Below are positions 58,066 through 64,000 of a stretch of 64,000 nucleotides of DNA, one piece after another; position 1 is the stretch's first letter; every line of letters begins with the position of its first letter. Origin of the DNA: Candidatus Bathyarchaeia archaeon (GTDB lineage Archaea; Thermoproteota; Bathyarchaeia; Bathyarchaeales; Bathycorpusculaceae); assembly GCA_050012255.1 (NCBI GenBank), contig JBEKHN010000002.1, forward strand, positions 1 to 64,000. The letters are read 5' to 3'. A program made the translations under genes and the position numbers. The notes below the pieces were generated by a model, which was not told the DNA's origin, did no database searches, and saw nothing but the letters and a program-made list of their open reading frames with translations.

Positions 58066-58974
58066 CTATTGTTTCAGAATCATCTGCACGAAGGTTTCCG
58101 GCTTAAACTCTTCCAGGTCGTCGTATTTTTGTCCAGTTCCGATGAACAGTATTGGCTTTTGAGTGACGTACGTGACGCTTAAGGCTGCGCCGCCTTTAAC
58201 GTCGGCGTCCACTTTGGTCAGTATGGTGCCGTCTATTCCAACGCATTTCTGAAACTCTTCTGCCTGCGTGACGGCGTCGTTTCCGATAAGCGAATCCACG
58301 GTTAGTATCGTTAGGTCTGGCTTCACGACGCGCTTGATCTTTGCAAGTTCGTTCATCAGGTTCTGATTTGTCTGCATTCTTCCCGCCGTGTCGATTAGGA
58401 CGACATTTATTCCGTAGGCCTTGGCGTGGTTGATGGTGTCGTAGGCCACGGCTGCGGGGTCCGCGCCGTACGCGTGTTTTATCATCTTTGTGCCGAGCCT
58501 CTTTGCGTGTTCTTCTAGCTGTTCGATCGAGCCAGCTCGGTACGTGTCGCTGCAGGCTATGACGGCTGAATATTTGTTCTTGTTGAGGAAGCGGCAGACT
58601 TTGGCGATGGTTGTGGTTTTTCCGGTGCCGTTTATGCCGACGAAGACTATGACGAATGGTTCTGCTTTCTTGCGTTTATCCTCGATGGCCTTCAACAAGT
58701 CGATCTTGTTGTTTGTCTGCATAGTCTCCAGGAGCACCTCTCGCAGGTTTTTCTCCACGATCTTCTTTCGGTCTTCTATCCTTTTGACTTGAACGTTGTT
58801 CAGCCGTTGCTCCATCTCACTGCATATTCGTTCGGCCACTGGAAAAGCCACGTCGTTCTCCACGAGGTTCATTTTGAAATCAGAAAGTATCGGGCGCACG
58901 TTTTCGGGTTTCAGCTCGGTTGTGGTCACTTTGGTTACAAGTCCCTTCAGCCCGGACTTGAGTTTTTCAAACAT
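58066..58974 (-). CDS. ftsY: SRP receptor FtsY
   Basis: GINGTGKTTT, DTAGR, TKVD. Confidence 0.96.
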   Translation of the reverse strand: MFEKLKSGLKGLVTKVTTTELKPENVRPILSDFKMNLVENDVAFPVAERICSEMEQRLNNVQVKRIEDRKKIVEKNLREVLLETMQTNNKIDLLKAIEDKRKKAEPFVIVFVGINGTGKTTTIAKVCRFLNKNKYSAVIACSDTYRAGSIEQLEEHAKRLGTKMIKHAYGADPAAVAYDTINHAKAYGINVVLIDTAGRMQTNQNLMNELAKIKRVVKPDLTILTVDSLIGNDAVTQAEEFQKCVGIDGTILTKVDADVKGGAALSVTYVTQKPILFIGTGQKYDDLEEFKPETFVQMILKQ

Positions 58975-58975
58975 T

Positions 58976-59434
58976 TTACTGAGGTTTCCCTTCTCTCATC
59001 GTTGCAACCAGTGCATCGGCTTTTTCTCTGTCCAGGTTGATCTTTTCTGCGACTTGGGTGAACTGCTGCTGTATTGAGGCTCTGGTTTTTTCCAGGTCTT
59101 CTAGACGCTTTTTGATGATTTCTTTTGCCTCTTCCCTTGTTTTTTCAACCGAGACTCCTGCGCCCATCCCCACGATTATCTTGTCCGGATTTTCGAGTCT
59201 TGCCCTGACGTAGGACGTGCCGCCTATCGGCACGAGAAGCTCTGATTTTTCACTCTCTTTTTCGAGTCCTTCCAGCGTCATACGGGCGTAGGACAGGTCG
59301 GAGGTGACGGCGTTTATCATGTTTGCTCTTGACTGCAATGCTTCGGCCGTCTGTTCAAGAAGTCGCATTTCCACGGTCAGTCTTCGAAGCTCTTCTTCAC
59401 TTTTGCTTGCCAACTTCTTCTTCTCCCGTGACAA
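58976..59434 (-). CDS. pfdA: Prefoldin alpha subunit
   Basis: LLVPIG, GMGAGVSVEK between coiled coils. The true start is possibly TTG about 24 nt downstream. Confidence 0.92.
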   Translation of the reverse strand: MSREKKKLASKSEEELRRLTVEMRLLEQTAEALQSRANMINAVTSDLSYARMTLEGLEKESEKSELLVPIGGTSYVRARLENPDKIIVGMGAGVSVEKTREEAKEIIKKRLEDLEKTRASIQQQFTQVAEKINLDREKADALVATMREGKPQ

Positions 59435-59654
59435 ACTTCTTCAACAGTGGGTTCTCAATGTTCTCGGGCGAAACCTCTTCAACGCTTGTTATCTTGATGT
59501 GAAAACGCTTCACCCGGTGTTTGCTGCCCAACTCTGCGTAAACTTTTTCCCTGGCGTGCTCGGGCTTCTCAGCCAATATCTCTTTTCTGAACGAGCTCTT
59601 CAGGTTGGGCTTCAGAATTTCACCGGTGACTCTGTAGACTTTCAACCTGGTCAT
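59397..59654 (-). CDS. rplX: Ribosomal protein LX (L18a/eL20)
   Basis: EKVYAELGSKHRVKR..I.I. Confidence 0.92.
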   Translation of the reverse strand: MTRLKVYRVTGEILKPNLKSSFRKEILAEKPEHAREKVYAELGSKHRVKRFHIKITSVEEVSPENIENPLLKKFVTGEEEVGKQK

Positions 59655-60327
59655 CCTCTTTTACAACATCCAATGCATTGCCTATTATAAATATCTCGGG
59701 TCCGGTTGTGAGTAACCCTGCGATGGCCGCGTGTTGGTTGCAGATCAAACCTGTGCCGACATACGGAATGCCGCAGTTGACGGTGCCGACGTCGACTGGG
59801 ACCTTCAGCAAGTCTTCAAGAAGCTTGCGCTCCGAGTCTTTCAACAACGGATGTGCTAAAACTCCCTTGTTCGTTGCAACGGCCAACGAACCTACGTAGG
59901 GCAGGCCTGCGATCTCGCCTCGTGCAACTTCGACGCCCAGAGTTTCGGAAATCTCCTGTATTTCTGGGCTTTTGAACTGGGGGTCCACTATGGCACCATG
60001 GTCGTTGGCGAGGACAAGGTTTCCATACGCGGTTTTCTTGGTGTCCATCACGGTTATGTTTCCTTCAAAACATCGTCGTATAACCGTGAGTTCTTCTTCT
60101 CTCATGAAGTTTGGGAGCAGAATTCCGTTGGAGTTTGCGCACGCGAGTGCTCCGGCGAGGATTGATCCCCCGATTGACGTGCGCACCAGCTTTGTTTTCA
60201 ACCATTGACTGAGCCTTTCGGCTTTCTTAAACGGCACTGAGCATGGAGCTATGAAGATTCTGTCGGTGACGAGGGAGTAAACACCTATGCTTGCGCTACT
60301 CAAAAGGCTTGACAGGTAAATGGCCAA
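59620..60327 (-). CDS. eif6: Translation initiation factor aIF6
   Basis: GNLVLAND.GA, GTVN.G, TTGPE. Confidence 0.95.
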   Translation of the reverse strand: MAIYLSSLLSSASIGVYSLVTDRIFIAPCSVPFKKAERLSQWLKTKLVRTSIGGSILAGALACANSNGILLPNFMREEELTVIRRCFEGNITVMDTKKTAYGNLVLANDHGAIVDPQFKSPEIQEISETLGVEVARGEIAGLPYVGSLAVATNKGVLAHPLLKDSERKLLEDLLKVPVDVGTVNCGIPYVGTGLICNQHAAIAGLLTTGPEIFIIGNALDVVKEDDQVESLQSHR

Positions 60328-60330
60328 GGA

Positions 60331-60870
60331 CTAATCTCCTTCAGCCAAATAAACCGTCACGTTTCCTTCTTTGTCCTTTGCGGCTCGAACCCGGATTTTT
60401 CTCGGAGGTTTCTCTATCCCCCTCTTCCACATCTTCTCGTTAACTTCATTGCTTATGATGAGCTGCTTGGGCTCTTCCTCTTCTGCCTCTCCTTCCTTGC
60501 GTGCCTCCAGCTTCATGTGCTTGATTATGAAGCTCCTGAGCATCCGCACTGCCCTTGAGGCCCTCTTGTTAGGAGGCACGATTCGAGCTTTGCCCAGCGG
60601 AACCGTGTATATTCGCTCCTCAACTATCTCTTCTTCAGGCTTCTTTTTTTCAGCGGGCGGCTTTGCTTTTTCTTCTTCGGCAGGTGCAGGCACCTCTTCT
60701 TCTTTTGCTTCGGCGCCAGCTTCTTCCGGTGGAACCGGCTGCACTTCTTCTTCAGGTGCTTCTTCGGCTTCTTCTGCCTCTTCCTCCAGCTCCTGCTCTT
60801 CCATGGTTTCGGCAGGTTCTTTTTGCTTCTCCTCGGTCTTCAAGGCTTGTTTTTCGTTCTCTTTCTCCAT
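60331..60870 (-). CDS. rpl31e: Ribosomal protein L31e with a long acidic N-terminal extension
   Basis: ERIYTVPL, KRA.RA, NE..W.RG..KPP.KIRVRA. Confidence 0.92.
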   Translation of the reverse strand: MEKENEKQALKTEEKQKEPAETMEEQELEEEAEEAEEAPEEEVQPVPPEEAGAEAKEEEVPAPAEEEKAKPPAEKKKPEEEIVEERIYTVPLGKARIVPPNKRASRAVRMLRSFIIKHMKLEARKEGEAEEEEPKQLIISNEVNEKMWKRGIEKPPRKIRVRAAKDKEGNVTVYLAEGD

Positions 60871-60881
60871 GAAGCGTTCTC

Positions 60882-61037
60882 CTACGCTCTTATTTTCCTT
60901 GTTCGCCACTGTCTCCTCTTGGGGTGGACTCTGAACTTTCCGGCTGTTCTGGCTATGGCCCATGAGGGAACGGGTTTCTTCTGCTTTCCCGCTTTGGCAA
61001 GCCTGCGTTTTTTTGCTGTCGGTTTGTTTCGAGTCAT
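60882..61037 (-). CDS. rpl39e: Ribosomal protein L39e
   Basis: Not in the ORF track. MTRNKPTAKKRRLAKAGKQKKPVPSWAIARTAGKFRVHPKRRQWRTRKIRA. Confidence 0.93.
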   Translation of the reverse strand: MTRNKPTAKKRRLAKAGKQKKPVPSWAIARTAGKFRVHPKRRQWRTRKIRA

Positions 61038-61039
61038 CT

Positions 61040-61369
61040 TCATCTTCTCGTTATCGTAGTCTCACGCTTGCGAGCTTGGAGTTGAATGAGTATCTTCTTC
61101 AGCTGCTCGTCCGTTAAGGGTATCGGCACTTTTCTCTGCTGCGCCAACTGGATCAGTTGAAGCTCCAGCTGTGCAGTGAAATCCGGCCTGACCATCTTAA
61201 GGTTCGCCAGTCTCTGTCTGGCTTCCGGCGTCAGTATGCTTCTCAGCAGTGCTTGCTTCTGTTGTTCCAGCTGCTGCTCAGCCTGCATGCCCCGCTGTTC
61301 ATCACCCATCTGCTTCTGCAGGGCTGAAAGTCTTCTTCTGCGAAGCTCCTCCAGCTCTTCCTCTGACAC
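61040..61369 (-). CDS. PDCD5-like dsDNA-binding protein
   Basis: LTPEARQRL.N...RP; conserved position after rps19e. Confidence 0.92.
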   Translation of the reverse strand: MSEEELEELRRRRLSALQKQMGDEQRGMQAEQQLEQQKQALLRSILTPEARQRLANLKMVRPDFTAQLELQLIQLAQQRKVPIPLTDEQLKKILIQLQARKRETTITRR

Positions 61370-61837
61370 TCACTCACCTTTCAGATACTTCTGGAGTTCC
61401 GGAAGCTCCTTGACCATTTCTCTGCCGAGCTCTTCAGTCAATTCCTTCAAAAGTTTCAATCCGGCAGGCGTCACCTTTCTGCCGCGCGGCCTCACCGTTT
61501 CAACATAGCCTGCAGCTTCAAGCTGCTGCAGTGCTTTTCTTATTATCGAACCGCCTGCCTTTGCTGCACGCCGAGGTTTGACGCCTCTGCTCTTTCTCCC
61601 ACCATAATTCGCCCTCAGTTCTTGGATGCCCACAGGGCCGTGAACGTAGAGCTTTCGCAGTATCGAGGCGCACCTAACGTACCACCAGTCTGGGTTCTGA
61701 GGCTGCTGCTGCACGTGAACACCCGTCTTCACGATGGTCGCCCATGGTGGCGGCGTTACGGCGTCCACGTTTTCCTTCAGGTACTTGGCTAGTCTTTCGA
61801 TTAGTTTGGATGCTGGGACGTCGTTTGGGGTGACCAA
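61370..61837 (-). CDS. rps19e: Ribosomal protein S19e
   Basis: PPWA..VKTG, WWYVRCASILRK, RKALQQLE. TTG start preferred. Confidence 0.95.
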   Translation of the reverse strand: MVTPNDVPASKLIERLAKYLKENVDAVTPPPWATIVKTGVHVQQQPQNPDWWYVRCASILRKLYVHGPVGIQELRANYGGRKSRGVKPRRAAKAGGSIIRKALQQLEAAGYVETVRPRGRKVTPAGLKLLKELTEELGREMVKELPELQKYLKGE

Positions 61838-61963
61838 TGCTTCTTGTCCTCTTGAGGTTTCCTTCAGTAAAATCATGACGCCGAATATAAATATTGTCTG
61901 GTCGACGACTTACGTCGCTTGGCTATCTTCACAACTCCCCTTTTCATATTCGTTTTTTGATGA

Positions 61964-62072
61964 TAGGCAGTGGGTGATGGACCTCAGTTTGCCTTCGCTG
62001 ATGATGAAGGCCCGTGTGAGATGTGGGGATGAACTCCGATGGGGCGAGCGGTGAGGGAGCCCACCCTGCTTA
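61964..62072 (+). ncRNA. Candidate long-hairpin RNA enclosing C/D-box-like motifs
   Basis: Stems TAGGCAG/CTGCTTA, GGGTG/CACCC, CCTCA/TGAGG, GTTTGCCTT/GGGGCGAGC. ATGATGA 62001-62007, GGATGAA 62027-62033, CCGA 62036-62039. Confidence 0.6.
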
Positions 62073-62309
62073 TGTCAGATGGTAACGTTCTGTGATTGTT
62101 TCTTGTGTTCTAGGCATGCGCGTCGACGTTTAAGGAGACTCCATGTTACTCGTTGTGTGAGGCGAAGAAAGATGCAGAAAGAATAGGAAAGGGAAAAATG
62201 CTGGATGATTGTCTACGAGAAGCGGGTTCGCATTTTACCAGCGTAAGCAACCTTTTTTTCTATTTGGATCATCGTGTCCGCCATATGGCCTTTTCATTGA
62301 GAATCTGGC

Positions 62310-62642
62310 GTGACTCGTGTTCCAAAAGCCAGCATTGTTTCTGGAATAGAAAATATTGTGAGGTTGGGAAGAACCCCTTTTATTCGGAATTACGTCATCA
62401 ACGTGAAGGAGAAGGAGAAGGCGAACGAAACAATGAGCGAGGATAAGGCGAGAGACTTAGACCAAGAGGTTCTTGGGACTTTTGTAAAGTCGTTCCATAG
62501 GCGTTACGAACGGTGGAAGAAGCAAGACCTTCTTTCAGTAGCGCTTCAAACGTTTCCTAAACAGGTCAAAAAGGAGAAGGTGATCGACAACCTAACAAGC
62601 TTGAAAGCTGAATTCGAGAAGAAGCTCTCAGGTGAAGGCTAG
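62310..62642 (+). CDS. Hypothetical protein or gene fragment
   Basis: 110 aa, opposite strand to the surrounding cluster, weak start. Confidence 0.4.
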   Translation: MTRVPKASIVSGIENIVRLGRTPFIRNYVINVKEKEKANETMSEDKARDLDQEVLGTFVKSFHRRYERWKKQDLLSVALQTFPKQVKKEKVIDNLTSLKAEFEKKLSGEG

Positions 62643-62667
62643 TTCGCAAGTGCCGATAGACCAAATA

Positions 62668-62958
62668 CTAGGGCTTTTCTTTGTCGCGCGGTCTGCAAAG
62701 TGCGAACGTGTGGCCCTTGGCTTCTACCAAAGATGCTCCCGTCTGGTCAGCGATTCTTGAGGCAACCTGCTTGGCTTCATGTTCAGACAGGGCGCTCTTC
62801 AAGATTCTTGTCTTTGCAGTCTCCTTTTTCGCCAGTTGTTTGTCGATTTCCTTAAGCAACTCTGCTGAGGCTCCTCCCTTGCCAATCCACACCGTGGGTT
62901 TTTCCTCGCTGAGCTTCCTTTTTATTAATCGTTTCTTCGCAGCAGTCGGCTTGCTCAC
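62668..62958 (-). CDS. YhbY/CRM-domain RNA-binding protein
   Basis: KPTVWIGKGG....EI..QL...E..K, GHT. GTG 62958 overlaps the rnp4 stop. Confidence 0.88.
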   Translation of the reverse strand: MSKPTAAKKRLIKRKLSEEKPTVWIGKGGASAELLKEIDKQLAKKETAKTRILKSALSEHEAKQVASRIADQTGASLVEAKGHTFALCRPRDKEKP

Positions 62959-63296
62959 GTTTTCAGCTTCTCCTTTCTCTTCACTAGCGGTATTCTTGTC
63001 TGTCCGCCGCATCTTAGGCAGGTGATCACCACGTGGGGTTCCCGCCTCTGTTTCAGTCGCACACGACAGCTTACACCCGGCAGCATAAAGCCTTTGCAAT
63101 GCTTGCAGACTTGCCGTCTGTACCCGTTCGGTAGGCGAATCTTGGCGGCCATGGCTATCTTTCTGGCCGTGTCCACGTAATGTTGGGCTAGGGCAGGGTC
63201 ATCGTGAACGATTTCCCTTGCTAGGTTGAAGAGCGTCTGGATGCGCTGCCTTGCTATTTGCCTTGTTTCTGCGTTCAATCTGCCCTCTTGCCCCAT
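62955..63296 (-). CDS. rnp4: RNase P protein Rpp21
   Basis: IA.QRI..LF, CKHC...PG....R, CLRCG...R.P. Confidence 0.93.
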   Translation of the reverse strand: MGQEGRLNAETRQIARQRIQTLFNLAREIVHDDPALAQHYVDTARKIAMAAKIRLPNGYRRQVCKHCKGFMLPGVSCRVRLKQRREPHVVITCLRCGGQTRIPLVKRKEKLKT

Positions 63297-63696
63297 AAGC
63301 CTGTGGTTATCCCCTTATGGAATTGGTTTTTCACAACGTAAAGCTTCTGCTATTGGCTAGTCGGGTTCTCGGTCCACTTGTGGTAACAACTGTTGCACTC
63401 AAAGTTTGCTGCACACTGGTTTGAAATCTGCGTTGAAACGTCAACCAGTGACATTTCAGACAGGGTTCTCCCAATTCTGGCATCTCAGTTACAAAATGGT
63501 CAATCAGAATGCGCTTGAACAGGTCTGCAATTCTGGAGGCAGTCTTCAGTGCTCGTTCAGCGTCTTCTTCGCCGCACAGTGGTGTCTGCCTGCTGGTTCT
63601 AACGGCTACGTCTACTCGAGCAACATCGTCAGTGGCTTTTTCCAATTCCTCTTATTCGTTTCCCTCGAATCTTCCTCGCCGCAGTTTCAGTGCTTA

Positions 63697-63705
63697 GCGC
63701 GCGCG
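63697..63705 (-). repeat. Isolated (GC)n junction motif 70 bp 3' of tRNA-Leu
   Basis: Minus strand reads CGCGCGCGCTAAG, the same form as the 1-8.9 kb junctions. Confidence 0.7.
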
Positions 63706-63774
63706 ACGGTGCCGCGCCCGCGAGCGTACGTCAGATGGAGAGACAGAGAAACGGACCCCCGTTTTTTTTCCATG

Positions 63775-63888
63775 TGGTGCGGGGGGTGGGATTCGAACCC
63801 ACGGAGGCCTTCGCCAGAGGATCTTAAGTCCTCCCCCTTGTCTTAGGCTTCTGGCCCGCCTATTTAGACCTGGCTTGGGTACCCCCGC
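63775..63888 (-). tRNA. tRNA-Leu(UAA) with a 26-nt D-arm intron and encoded CCA
   Basis: GCGGGGG/CCCCCGC acceptor, GAGGA-CTTAAGA-TCCTC anticodon arm, long variable arm, GTTCGAATC. Intron 63838-63863 with BHB motif. Confidence 0.95.
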
Positions 63889-64000
63889 AGCAGCGAATAA
63901 GGTTGATATTTGTGTGCAGTTAAACTTTTTTGCAGAGGCTGGCACTAGGTTAAAATCTACATTGCATCAGATTACTCTCGGCTTAGTGAAGTGTTGGGCG

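Noticed and set aside
9314-61508. Numerous antisense and alternate-frame ORFs in the track (e.g. 47165-47878, 42552-43094, 54228-54770, 60371-60934)
   Set aside because: Shadows of well-supported genes on the other strand or frame.
61996-62040. Hammerhead ribozyme (CTGATGA core)
   Set aside because: No matching GAAA segment or three-way junction; a C/D-like reading fits better.

Overview
Archaeal chromosomal window, most consistent with Bathyarchaeia (TACK). This is inferred from gene content (aIF5A, SRP54, Pus10, L21e, Rpo4, LX, aIF6, L31e, S19e, Rpp21, DGGGP synthase, Cren7-like protein, dockerin/cohesin surface protein); no search was run. About 9.0-63.9 kb is mostly housekeeping: translation and ribosomal clusters, acetate uptake/activation, P-type ATPases, a copper locus, a surface-protein island at 35.4-40.7 kb and an intron-containing tRNA-Leu(UAA). 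The standout is 1-8.9 kb, a mosaic of short unrelated DNA pieces (about 30 bp to 2.1 kb) separated by (GC)n runs. I count 12 perfect runs of 8-10 nt plus about 7 shorter or degenerate ones, often followed by TA(A). By eye there is no run of 8 nt or more in the 54 kb of core genes, and one more lies just 3' of tRNA-Leu. Several cargo genes (type IIG-like R-M methyltransferase, PD-(D/E)XK-like nuclease, HNH-like nuclease, membrane-anchored protein) are cut at these runs, while others are intact micro-genes with their own promoters. This suggests an uncharacterised DNA-fragment capture or shuffling locus, although an assembly or ligation artefact must be excluded. Two or three unannotated structured RNA candidates were also found. 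All family calls are from motif recognition by eye.
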